Shown here: piece after piece, positions 1 to 9,634 of the stretch
Position numbering within the stretch: the first letter of the stretch is position 1
How the letters are laid out: every line of letters starts with the position of its first letter
Source: an uncultured Chloroflexia bacterium
Lineage (GTDB): Bacteria > Chloroflexota > Limnocylindria > Limnocylindrales > CSP1-4
Reading direction: 5' to 3'
NCBI GenBank assembly: GCA_963738475.1
Contig: CAVTWU010000017.1
Span: 341,515-405,514, forward strand
DNA length: 64,000 nt
Notes under the pieces: generated by a model
Seen by the model: the letters and a program-made list of their open reading frames with translations, nothing else
Databases searched by the model: none
Told to the model about the DNA's origin: nothing
Made by a program: the position numbers and the translations under genes

Positions 1-68
1 ACCCCGAGGCGCAGCTGGCCGAAGCCGTCCGACGCCTGGCGTTGGCCGTTCGCGAGGTCTCCGCCTAG
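1..68 (+). CDS. C-terminal fragment of an upstream gene, possibly a PLP-dependent aminotransferase/MocR-type protein
   Basis: Frame from position 3 reads PEAQLAEAVRRLALAVREVSA then TAG at 66-68, resembling the C-terminal helix of class I/II aminotransferases; only 21 codons are visible. Confidence 0.35.
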   Translation, partial: PEAQLAEAVRRLALAVREVSA

Positions 69-78
69 ACTTCGGACC

Positions 79-396
79 ATGGAGCCAGCGCCGTTCATCC
101 GGATCGCCGAGATCGAGGTCGATCCTGCGCACCGGGAGGCGTTCATCGCGGCGGTCACCGACGAGATGGACGAATCCATCCGCGTCGAGCCCGGCGTCCT
201 GGCGATCTATGCGGTCGCGGAACGGGACGACCCGTCCCGGTTCCGGTTCTTCGAGATCTACGCCGACGAAGCTGCCTACGAAGCCCACCTGGCGTCCCGC
301 CACTTCCGGACGTTTCGGGCGATCACGGACTCGATGGTCCGATCGCGAACGCTCATCGACACGGTCCCGATCCAGCTGAGCCGCAAGGCGGACTAG
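79..396 (+). CDS. ABM-domain (putative quinol monooxygenase) protein
   Basis: 105 aa with EPG, FxFFEIY and AHLxSxHF motifs; TAGACT -10 lies 7 nt before the ATG. Confidence 0.8.
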   Translation: MEPAPFIRIAEIEVDPAHREAFIAAVTDEMDESIRVEPGVLAIYAVAERDDPSRFRFFEIYADEAAYEAHLASRHFRTFRAITDSMVRSRTLIDTVPIQLSRKAD

Positions 397-437
397 CCGC
401 ACTCAGACAGCGGGCCCACGCTCGCTCAGAGGGTGTT

Positions 438-513
438 TGGAGCGGGAGACGGGGTTCGAACCCGCGACATCCAGCTTGGAAGGCTGGCGCTCCACCAACT
501 GAGCTACTCCCGC
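438..513 (-). tRNA. tRNA-Gly (anticodon TCC)
   Basis: Reverse complement GCGGGAGTAGCTCAGTTGGTGGAGCGCCAGCCTTCCAAGCTGGATGTCGCGGGTTCGAACCCCGTCTCCCGCTCCA: 76 nt, cloverleaf, TTCGAA T-loop, encoded CCA. Confidence 0.97.
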
Positions 514-1136
514 ACCGAGTCGGCAGACCTTCTATCGAAGGTACGGAGCCGATGGCAGTTCGCGCACACGATATCGCATTTCGCCACCTCGTCCAGTATC
601 CGGGCCGTGCCGGCGCGGCCGATCATCCGCGTCACGGCGCTCAGCTTCGAGGCTGGATCGCGATGGTCGAAGTCCATGGCGCAGGGTGGAAACCGCCCGC
701 CGCAATCGGTACAGGGCCGATCTCGAAGCTGATCGAGCAGTCGCGCCTGCGCGCGCCAGGCCTCCCGCTTCCTCACCAAGTCACGCGAGGACCCACTCCT
801 CGACCCTTGCCGCGCCTCATGGCGTCGCTTCGTTCGCAGTCGATGGCAGTTGGCACATACGACATCGCACTTCGCTGCCTCGGCGAGGAGCGCAGCAAGC
901 GGGCGGAGCATGGCCCCGCCCGAGGTCATGCGGAACGACTTCGATGATCCATCCCGATGATCGAAGTCCATCTGGTGCGGGGCGAAGGTGCTTCCGCAAT
1001 CGGCGCACGGTCGCGCCCGAAGCTCGCGGAGGAACTCGACGGTCCCGTACTGGCGGACTCGCACTCGATCGACCTCGAGCGCGCGATTCCGCTCGTAGTA
1101 GCTGACGTTCGCCGCCCGTTGGCTCGGACGCACCAT
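504..1136 (-). CDS. Tandem (double) HNH-like Zn-finger endonuclease
   Basis: Two copies of RPCxDCG...MDFDHRD...KCD(V/I)VCANCHRLRT; ATG at 1136 preceded by TATGAT; stop codon lies inside the tRNA-Gly 5' end. Confidence 0.8.
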   Translation of the reverse strand: MVRPSQRAANVSYYERNRALEVDRVRVRQYGTVEFLRELRARPCADCGSTFAPHQMDFDHRDGSSKSFRMTSGGAMLRPLAALLAEAAKCDVVCANCHRLRTKRRHEARQGSRSGSSRDLVRKREAWRAQARLLDQLRDRPCTDCGGRFPPCAMDFDHRDPASKLSAVTRMIGRAGTARILDEVAKCDIVCANCHRLRTFDRRSADSVRE

Positions 1137-1143
1137 GGTCCGA

Positions 1144-1162
1144 ATCATAGAACAGATGGTCG
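1144..1162 (-). promoter_or_regulatory. -10 box (TATGAT) abutted by a LexA/SOS-like box
   Basis: + strand ATCATA (1144-1149) followed directly by GAAC-AGAT-GGTC (1150-1161), one mismatch from the Gram-positive/Chloroflexi GAAC-N4-GTTC consensus. Confidence 0.55.
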
Positions 1163-1350
1163 ATTTCGGTCGGCGATGGTGTCGAAAGATGCCGCGCAAC
1201 GGCCGCGCCGCGACCGACCGTCCGCGAGGGGCCTCGTTGTACTATCCGGGTCCGCGCGCGACACCCGCAGCGATCCGTCTGGGAGGGCACGATGACCAAG
1301 GCGTCCATGGGCACGATCACGCTCGAGACCGTGGACGAAGGGGCCGGATC

Positions 1351-2301
1351 GTGACCACCGACGAGCGACTCCCATCCTGGCGCGACACGCCGACCCGCCA
1401 GGCGATCCTCGACTTCGTCGAACGGGTCGCCATCGACGGCGGCGAGCATCACGTCCCGCCGGCCGATCGCGTCGCGGTCTTCGACAACGACGGCACGCTG
1501 TGGTGCGAGAAGCCGATGCCGATCGAGCTCGGGTTCGTCCTGCGCCGGCTCGCCGAGATGGCCGCCGCCGACCCGTCCCTCCAGGCACGGCAGCCCTGGA
1601 AGGCGGCCTTCGAGAAGGACTACACGTGGCTGAGTGACGTCGTCACCCAGCACTACCACGGTGATGACACGAACGTGAAGGTCCTGATGGGTGGCATGGT
1701 CCAGGCCTTCGCCGGACAGACCGTGCGCGAGTACGAGGACAGTGCCAAGGCCTTCCTGGATGTCGCCCCGCACCCGACGCTCGGGCGGCGGATGCGCGAC
1801 ACCACGTACCTGCCGATGGTCGAGCTGCTCCGTCTCCTGGAGTCGCACGGCTTCACGAACTACATCGCTTCGGGTGGCGACCGCGACTTCATGCGGCCGG
1901 TCACCGAGGACCTCTACGGGATCCCCGCCGAGCGGGTCATCGGCAGCTCGAACGGTCTGCGCTTCGAGCCGGACGGGGACGACGGTGGCCAGCTCGTCTA
2001 CCTGGCACAGCCGGACGTCTTCGACGACGGTCCCATGAAGCCGGTCCGGATCTGGAGCCGCACCGGACGCCGGCCACTCGTTGCCGGCGGCAACTCGAAC
2101 GGCGACATCCCGATGCTCCAGTACGCGCACCGGGCGGATCGGCCGGCGCTCCGCTTACTCGTCCTGCATGACGACGCCGAGCGCGAGTTCGGCTACGTGG
2201 CGGGCGCGGAAACCTCACTCGAGACGGCCCGGGCCAAGGGCTGGACCGTGATCAGCATGAAGGACGACTGGTCGACCGTCTTCGCGGAACCGTCCGCGTA
2301 G
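1351..2301 (+). CDS. HAD-family hydrolase/phosphatase
   Basis: FDNDGTLW motif I, SGG motif II, GGNSNGD motif IV; GTG start inferred. Confidence 0.88.
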   Translation: MTTDERLPSWRDTPTRQAILDFVERVAIDGGEHHVPPADRVAVFDNDGTLWCEKPMPIELGFVLRRLAEMAAADPSLQARQPWKAAFEKDYTWLSDVVTQHYHGDDTNVKVLMGGMVQAFAGQTVREYEDSAKAFLDVAPHPTLGRRMRDTTYLPMVELLRLLESHGFTNYIASGGDRDFMRPVTEDLYGIPAERVIGSSNGLRFEPDGDDGGQLVYLAQPDVFDDGPMKPVRIWSRTGRRPLVAGGNSNGDIPMLQYAHRADRPALRLLVLHDDAEREFGYVAGAETSLETARAKGWTVISMKDDWSTVFAEPSA

Positions 2302-2336
2302 ATCCGGCCCAACGCGAGATCAGGGAGGTCGGGACG

Positions 2337-3669
2337 ATGGCGACGGAAGCCCCACGGGACGAGGCGATCGAGCGGGTCGTGGCGTCGGCGGCGCGGATGG
2401 GCGTCGAGCTCGACGAGGCCGAGGCGGCCGAGTGGGTCGCCGCGATGGAGACCGAGGCGAGCGGCGGCGAGCTCGTGATGGACGTCGACAGCGGCGTCTA
2501 CGGCCACCGGGTGTCACGATGCTGGACTTCCAGCCCGAGGACCTGGCCCGATTCCGCGAGATGGCCACGATCGTCGGCTTCGAGGACCGACCACCGACAG
2601 GTCCTGACGGCGTTGTCGATCTCCGGGTCGGCCGCCCAGAGCAAGATCAACGCCTACCCGGCGGACTGCGACTTCTTCGAGCGGATCCACATCCGTGCCG
2701 ACACGCGCGAGGAAGCGTGCGCGATCCTCGCGGACCTCATGCGCGAGAAGGCCCTGGCGACAGCCACCGGACCCACCCACCGGCTGTGGGAGGTCAAGTT
2801 CGGCTCGCACCCGGCCGCCGGGACCAAGGGCGGCAGCCCGGTCGGGGTCGGCTCGCCGATGTCGTGGACGATGGAAGAGGTCAAGGCCGGCCAGATGGAG
2901 GTCACCCTCGCCGACGGCAGCCTCAGCGTGCTGACCTGGGAGGATGCCTCACACGAGCCAGGCTGGTGCAAGCTCGACTGGGTCATCGCCGACAAGACGC
3001 GCGGACAGCTGGCCAACGCCAGCAACATGCTGGACCCGACCTGGGAGGCGCCGGACGGCACGATCGTGCCGCTCGACGGCTTCCTCGATCCGTACTACCA
3101 GGAGGTCTATCTCGAGTCGGAGTCGATCCCGCTGTTCTCGAAGCTCGTCAAGGAGCTGTCCGCCGACTCGGTGGACGACTACGTGGACCAGCTCGAGCAC
3201 GAAGTCTGGAAGTACACGGTCAAGGAGCCCGAACTTCGGCAAGGCCGCCCGACGGATGTACAACGTCTTCCGGATGAACGGCAAGTACCGCGAGGCGGCC
3301 TACATCCGCGAGCTGTTCGACGAGCCGGTCACGGCGCTGTACCAGGTGTCCGCGCTGGTCCGGACGCTCGACGATGCCGCCGCGTCGGGCGACACGTTCG
3401 ACACGGACACGATGGTCGCCCAGGTGGACGGCCTGATCATGTCGGCCATCCAGGCCCTGGACGGACCCGAGGAGGCCAAGATGGTCGGCCACCTGCTCAG
3501 CCTGCGGAACTCGCTCCAGGCGCGCGAGTCGCATGCCGACCGCACGGACGAGATGGCCGGCATCCAGGACGCCGCCCTGTCAGCCGTCAACGACTACTTC
3601 GAGCGCGCGCTGCGCTCGGTGCCGGAGATCGAGGCGTACCTCGAGGACATCGTCGTCCGCGCGCCGTAG
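2337..3669 (+). CDS. Uncharacterised protein with a Pol-beta-like nucleotidyltransferase signature (frameshifted in this sequence)
   Basis: Joined from three frames; ISGS-x11-DCD motif at ~2620-2672 and a later KLD; GGAGG SD upstream. Confidence 0.55.
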
Positions 3670-3702
3670 TCGGCGAGCGTCGGCCGCGGTCGCGACCGCC
3701 GG

Positions 3703-5382
3703 TCAGCGGTTGCCGGAGCGGGCGATCCGTTCGCCGGGCATGACCGTACCGGGCCCTGCCGGTCGCTGGTTGCCGTAGCCGTTCGACGGGTTCGGGCGGC
3801 CGTGGCCACTCGCCGGACGCGGGCTGTGGCTCGTGGACGGGCCGGGACCGTAGCCGTTGCCGGGTCGCGACCCGGGACGGCCGCCACCCGATCGGGCGCC
3901 ACCGGGACCCTGGGCCGGACGACCCTGGCCGCCGGCCGGGCGACCGGCATGGACGTGTGGCTGGGCCGGACGCCCGCCGCCGGCATGGGGCTGGGCGCCG
4001 TTGCCGAGACCCTGGCCGGGCCGACGCGGAGGCGCGTAGCCGCCACCGCGCGAGGCGCCGCTTCGGCCGCCACCGGCACCGGCGGGCGAACCGTGATCGG
4101 AGCGAGTCGCCATCCCCTGGCGAGGCGCGTGCGCGCCGCCACGGTTGCGGGGACCGGACGACTGCGGCCGGGTCGTGCCCAGGCCGCCGCGCAGGATCGG
4201 CTCGGGTCGGATGCGCGGATCCGGCTCGAAGCCTTCGATGACCTCGGTCGGGATGCGCCGGCCGAGGACCTTCTCGATCTCGCCGAGGAGCTTCATCTCG
4301 TCCACGCAGACCAGCGAGACGGCATCGCCGTCCTTCTCGGCCCGGCCGGTCCGGCCGATGCGGTGGACGTAGTCCTCGGGGACCATCGGGAGTTCGAAGT
4401 TGACGACGTGCGGCAGGGCATCGATGTCCAGGCCGCGCGCGGCGATCTCGGTGGCGACCAGGACCGCGTACCGGCCGGCCTTGAAGTCGGCCAGCGCGCG
4501 GACGCGCTGCGGCTGGCTCTTGTTGCCGTGGATGGCGGTCGCCTTGATGCCGTCCTTCTCCAGCTGCAGCGCGAGCCGGTTGGCCCCGTGCTTGGTGCGG
4601 GTGAAGACGAGCGCCTGGTCGATGCGGCCGGAGGTGATGAGGAAGCTCAGCAGCTCGCGCTTGCGCTCGCGGTCGACCGGGTGGACGACCTGCGTGACGA
4701 GCTCCGTGGCGGTATTGCGGGGCGTGACCTGGACCTGCGCCGGGCGATCGAGGAAGTCGCCGGCGAGCCGCCGGATCTCGTCGCAGAACGTGGCCGAGAA
4801 GAGCAGGTTCTGGCGCTTGGCCGGCAGGACGGCGAGGACCTTGCGGATGTCGCGGATGAAGCCCATGTCCAGCATGCGGTCCGCCTCGTCGAGGACGAGG
4901 ATCTCGACCCGGGACAGGTCGATCGTGCGCTGGCCCAGGTGGTCGAGCAGGCGCCCGGGCGTGGCGACGACGATCTCCGGACCGGCGCGCAGCGCGCGGA
5001 CCTGCGGGTCGAAGCCGACGCCGCCGTAGATGGTGGTCGAGCGGATCGGGCGTGCCGCGCCGTACGTGCGGACGCTCTCCTCGACCTGGAGCGCGAGCTC
5101 GCGGGTCGGGGTGAGGATCAGGGCGCGGATCGGCGGGCGGGTGGCATCGCGGCGATCGGGCGCACTCGGGGAGCCGGCGGGCCGGCGAGCGTGGAGGATC
5201 TGCAGCATCGGCAGCACGAAGGCGGCCGTCTTGCCGGTCCCGGTCTGGGCGCCGGCGAGGACGTCGCGGCCCTCGAGGACGAGCGGGATCGCCTCGCGCT
5301 GGACGGGGGTGGGCTCCGTGTAGCCCTCATCGGCGACGGCACGGAGAAGCTCGGGCGTCAGCCCAAGGGTATCGAAGGACAT
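3703..5382 (-). CDS. rhlE: ATP-dependent DEAD-box RNA helicase, RhlE-like, with long Gly/Pro/Arg-rich tail
   Basis: [31 protein letters not shown] and HRIGRTGR motifs; AGGAG SD before MSFDTLGL. Confidence 0.9.
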   Translation of the reverse strand: MSFDTLGLTPELLRAVADEGYTEPTPVQREAIPLVLEGRDVLAGAQTGTGKTAAFVLPMLQILHARRPAGSPSAPDRRDATRPPIRALILTPTRELALQVEESVRTYGAARPIRSTTIYGGVGFDPQVRALRAGPEIVVATPGRLLDHLGQRTIDLSRVEILVLDEADRMLDMGFIRDIRKVLAVLPAKRQNLLFSATFCDEIRRLAGDFLDRPAQVQVTPRNTATELVTQVVHPVDRERKRELLSFLITSGRIDQALVFTRTKHGANRLALQLEKDGIKATAIHGNKSQPQRVRALADFKAGRYAVLVATEIAARGLDIDALPHVVNFELPMVPEDYVHRIGRTGRAEKDGDAVSLVCVDEMKLLGEIEKVLGRRIPTEVIEGFEPDPRIRPEPILRGGLGTTRPQSSGPRNRGGAHAPRQGMATRSDHGSPAGAGGGRSGASRGGGYAPPRRPGQGLGNGAQPHAGGGRPAQPHVHAGRPAGGQGRPAQGPGGARSGGGRPGSRPGNGYGPGPSTSHSPRPASGHGRPNPSNGYGNQRPAGPGTVMPGERIARSGNR

Positions 5383-5520
5383 GAAGGGAACAGCTCCTGA
5401 CGAGGCCCTCCCGCTCAGTGGCGGGGCCCGGTCAGGGCGAATGTGTTGATCGGGGTCGAAACGGTGATGGACCGGGGCGCTGACCGGAGCGCCCATCGAG
5501 CACGAAGTGGCGAGAGCATA
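5383..5520 (-). promoter_or_regulatory. Promoter and structured 5' leader of the helicase gene
   Basis: TATGCT -10 at 5515-5520; leader hairpin CCTGAC...GTCAGG with inner GGCC and CCGC/GCGG stems overlaps the AGGAG SD. Confidence 0.45.
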
Positions 5521-5568
5521 GCCCAGATCCGCTCGGAGGACACCGGACGAAGGTCCGGGTCCGGGGGA

Positions 5569-5958
5569 TCAGCCCTTGCGCTCCATGATCGGGCGGGCCA
5601 CGTCCGGCTTGTCGACGACGAACGCGAACGTGGCGCGATCGCCCCATCGACCGATGAACAGGTGGCCCAGGATGTTGACGTCGGCGTCGGCCAGCTCGCG
5701 AGCCAGCCGGGCCATCCCACCCGGGCGGTCGTCCACCTCGACGAGCAGCGACTCGCCCTCGACGAACGTGTAGCCGTCGGCCTCGAGGACGGCGCGCGTC
5801 TCGGCATCCTCGTTGGTGGTCATGATCACGTGGCCGGAATCGCCGATGCTGCCGCCACCGATCGCCCGCAGGTCGACGCCGCGCGAGGCGAGCCGCTCGG
5901 CGAGGGTCGCCATGGCGCCCGGCTCGTTGGGCAGCTGGACGACGAACTGGTTGGCCAT
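5569..5958 (-). CDS. Tandem ACT-domain protein
   Basis: LPNEPGAMA and VDDRPGGMA ACT repeats; GGAGG SD. Confidence 0.85.
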   Translation of the reverse strand: MANQFVVQLPNEPGAMATLAERLASRGVDLRAIGGGSIGDSGHVIMTTNEDAETRAVLEADGYTFVEGESLLVEVDDRPGGMARLARELADADVNILGHLFIGRWGDRATFAFVVDKPDVARPIMERKG

Positions 5959-6052
5959 CGGGTCCTCCGCGGGTGCTGGATGTCGCTGAGTCTAGCGGCC
6001 TCATCGAGCGCCGGAGGCGCGGCGTCACGGCGGCTTCACCTAGCATGGCGGC

Positions 6053-6874
6053 GTGACCGAGCCAGCGCTCACCCCGGCACGCGCCTCGTCATCGAGGCGG
6101 CCGGCGTCCCCTTCTCCACCCTGGCCTGGGGCGATCCGGCGGCCCGGCCGCTCGTCCTGCTCCACGGCGTCACGGCGTCGGCGGCGATCTGGTGGCGCGT
6201 CGGGCCGGCCCTGGCCGCGACCGGTCGCCGCGTGCTCGCGCCCGACCTGCCGGGTCATGGGCGGACCGGCCACTGGACCGGACGTCCCGGCATTCGCCGA
6301 GATGGCGGCTGACGTCGCGGCCTGGGTCCGTGCCGCCGGCATGGCGCGGGCCGGGCTGCAGGTCGTCGGACACAGCTACGGCGCGATGATCGCGGCACAC
6401 CTGCCGGCCGCCGGTCTGGCCGCCGACACGATCGTGCTGCTCGATCCGCCCGTCCTGCCGCTCTCACTCATGGCGCGTCTCGTCGACGACCCGGCCGAAC
6501 GGACCTACGACGACCTCGATGAGGCGATCGCCGCCGTGTCGGCCGCGGAGCCGCTCTGGGACCCGGGCGACGTCCGCGCGAAGGCGGAGGCCCTGACCGA
6601 ACTCGATGAGGCCGCCGCGCGCGCGATCCTGCTCGAGAACGGCGACTGGGACGGCGGCCTGTCGGGCCTGGCGGATCCGGCCGCCGCGGACCTGGACATC
6701 TGGGTCGTGAAGGGCGAGCAGGCCACCGGCAGCTACCTGCCAGATGTCGCCGTCCCGGCCTTCGTGGCCCGGCTCGGGGCCGACCACATCCTCACCGTCA
6801 AGGACGGCGCGCACTCGCCGCAGCGGATGCAGCTCGAGGCGACCGTCGCGGCGTTGCTTCGCGCCCTGGGCTGA
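6053..6874 (+). CDS. Alpha/beta-fold hydrolase (frameshifted)
   Basis: LLHG, DLPGHG, GHSYG nucleophile elbow and a late His (GAHSP) spread across two frames. Confidence 0.85.
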   Translation: MTEPALTPARASSSRRPASPSPPWPGAIRRPGRSSCSTASRRRRRSGGASGRPWPRPVAACSRPTCRVMGGPATGPDVPAFAEMAADVAAWVRAAGMARAGLQVVGHSYGAMIAAHLPAAGLAADTIVLLDPPVLPLSLMARLVDDPAERTYDDLDEAIAAVSAAEPLWDPGDVRAKAEALTELDEAAARAILLENGDWDGGLSGLADPAAADLDIWVVKGEQATGSYLPDVAVPAFVARLGADHILTVKDGAHSPQRMQLEATVAALLRALG

Positions 6875-6954
6875 CTGCCGAGCCCGTCAGGTACCATCCC
6901 TGACGCGCCGCCCGACCCCACGCCTTGGTGGCCAGCCCGAGAGAGACAGACCCC

Positions 6955-8034
6955 ATGACGCAACACCGCAGCAGCAGCAGCGCTCCCCGCTCGTCACCGT
7001 CGCGATCATCGCCGCCGTCGCGATCGGCGCCGTCGCCGTCTTCGCGCTCCTCGGTCGCGGACCGGACAACGGTGCCCTGACGGGCAAGACGTGGCAACTG
7101 ACCGCGATCACCGGGCAGACCCCATCGTTCCAGGGTGTGTTCCCGCCCGAAGAGCAGGTGCTGTACACGGTCGAGTTCGCCACGGACGGTTCCCTGGCGG
7201 CCAGGGCGGACTGCAATGCCGTGACCGGGACCTATGAGCTGAGCGGTGACGACGGCATGACCATCACGCTCGGGGCGAGCACGCTCGTCGCCTGTCCGGA
7301 CGGCTCCTACGGCACGATCTTCGCGAACGAACTCGGCAATGTGACGACCTGGGCGATCGCCAGCTCCGAGCTGACCCTGACGACGGCCGACGGCGGCGCC
7401 GGCACGTTCGTGGAAGGTTCGGGCACCGTCATCGTCCCGAGCCCGTCGGCATCGCCGAGCGACAGCGCGTCACCCAGCGCCTCGGCCAGTCCGACGCCGT
7501 CGGCCACCCCCAGCCCGACGCCGTCGGCCACCCCGAGTCCAGCGCCCTCGGCGACGGCCACGGCTTCACCGTCCGAGGGACCCAGCGAGGCGCCGACGGC
7601 AAGCCCGAGCCCGACGCCCGACGCCGACCGCGAGCCCGACGCCGGCACCGACGCCGGCACCGACCCCGGGTGCGGACCTGGTCGGCACCAGCTGGCAGCT
7701 CGCCACCATCAACACTCGCGACCCCGTGCACCAGGGCGTCATCCCTGTCGAGGAGCGCTCGAAGTACACGCTTTCGTTCGCCGAGGGCGGGCTGTTCACG
7801 GCGATCGCCGACTGCAACACGATCGGCGGCAACTGGACCGCGACCGCCGATGGCGGGCTGGCGCTGACCATCGTGCCGTCGACGATCGTCGAGTGCGGAG
7901 ACGGCTCGCACGGCGACCTGTACGTGCTGGCCCTGTCGAACACCGCGAGCTACGTGGTCGCGACCGACACGCTGACCATCACCCTCGACGACGGCGGCAC
8001 ACTCGGATACGAACCGATCCCCGCACCGACGTGA
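6955..8034 (+). CDS. Membrane-anchored protein with two META domains and a Ser/Pro/Thr linker (frameshifted)
   Basis: N-terminal TM helix; LTGKTWQL...ADCN...STLVAC and LVGTSWQL...ADCN...STIVEC repeats. Confidence 0.7.
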
Positions 8035-8052
8035 TCGGCGCGAGCCGATCCG

Positions 8053-9537
8053 TCAGCCGCCGCGCTGGATCTCGATGGCTCGTCGATACGCGTCGACGTA
8101 ACGCGGCGCCGACCCCGTCGTCCAGTCGAAGTCGACCGCCATGCCACGATCGAGCAATGACGGCCCAGGCTGCCTCCGCCAGCCGCCCGGATCGCGCTGA
8201 AGGCGGCACAGGCGGCGAGCAGCTCCTCCGCGGTCGCCTCGTCGAAGACGAAGCCGGTCCCGGCGCCTGGCGCGCGAACCTCGTCGACGACCGTGTCCGC
8301 CAGGCCGCCCGTTCGGTGGACGATCGGTGGCGTCCCGTAGCGCAGGGCGATCATCTGGCCCTGTCCGCACGGCTCGAAGCGTGACGGCATGACGAACCCG
8401 TCCGATCCCGCGTAGACGCGCCGGGCCATCGCCCGATCGAACCGCTCGATGAACGCGACCCGGTCCGGGTTCGCGGCGGCCAGCTCGCGGAACGGGTCGG
8501 CGAGGGACGCGTGGCCGCTGCCCTGCACGATCAGCCGATCGCCGCGGGCGAGCATCGCCGGAGCCGCCTCGAGCACGAGATCGAACCCCTTCTGTGGATC
8601 CAGGCGCCCGATGAGCCCGAAGACCGGCCCGGCATCGGCCGCATCGAAGCCCACGCGGGTCAGCAGGTCCGCCCGACACGCCGCCTTGCCGGCGAGATCG
8701 CCGCGCGCGTACGGCGCCGCCAGGTCGGCGTCCGTGGCCGGGTCCCAGACGCCCGTGTCGAGGCCGTTGAGGATCCCGATGAACCGGTCGCCGCGGGCCC
8801 GCAACGCGCCGTCCAGGCCCATCCCGAACTCGGGTGTCAGCGCCTCCGCCGCGAACCCGGGCGAGACCGTGTTGACCAGCTCGGACCGCTCGATCCCGAC
8901 TCGCAGCAGGTCGATCCCGGTGCCATCGGCCTGGACGATCCCGTCGCCCGGCGTCAGGCCGAGCTGGCCGAGTCGCTCGCGGGGCGTCCACCCGTGATAG
9001 GCGAGGTTGTGGAGGGTGATGACCATCGCCGCCTGGCCGATGATCGGGTCGTCCGCGTAGCGCTCATCGCGCCAGATGGCGGCGGGACCCGTGTGCCAGT
9101 CGTGGAGGTGGAGGACATCGAGCGGCCGGTCGTCGGCGCGGAGGGCCTCCAGCGCCGCCCGACAGAAGAGCCCGAACCGCCACGCGTTGTCGGCGTAGTC
9201 GCCGGCCGCGTCGCCGTAGAACCCCTCGCGATCGAAGGCCGCCGGATGGTCCACCAGGCGCAACCGGTACCCGTCGGCCGGCCACGTCGAGGACGGTCAC
9301 GTCCGTGCTCCCGGTCATGGACCGAGGATCCGGCACGCGGTGGACCACGGCTCGCTCGACCGCGTCGGGCTCGGGGACGTTCCGGTAGCGCGGCAGGAAG
9401 ACGTCGACCGGACCGTCGATGTCGGCCGGCTGGCGACCGAGGGCGCGCGCGAGGGCGTCCACGACGTCGGCCAGGCCGCCGGTCTTGGCCCAGGGCTCGC
9501 ACTCGGCGGACAGCATCGCGACCCGGATCGGCGGCAT
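8053..9537 (-). CDS. glgA: Glycogen synthase (frameshifted)
   Basis: KTGGLADV, HLHDWHTG, QKGFDL and PSRFEPCG motifs; TAGGAT -10 lies 7 nt before ATG 9537. Confidence 0.92.
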
Positions 9538-9634
9538 GCCGGCCATCCTAGTCGCCGGACCGGCCCCGGCGCCGTCCCGCGCGGCAACTAAACCGGTTCA
9601 CACGGCTCGCACCGACGCGGTATCATCGCCGCTC

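Noticed and set aside
438-513. tRNA-Gly as the attachment site of a prophage or integrative island
   Set aside because: No integrase and no duplicated tRNA 3' end seen in the window; only ~440 bp downstream of the tRNA is visible
3802-5400. Long antisense or alternative-frame ORFs (e.g. 3802-5400, 45752-47443, 50306-53695)
   Set aside because: Shadow ORFs expected opposite real genes in very GC-rich DNA; no recognisable motifs
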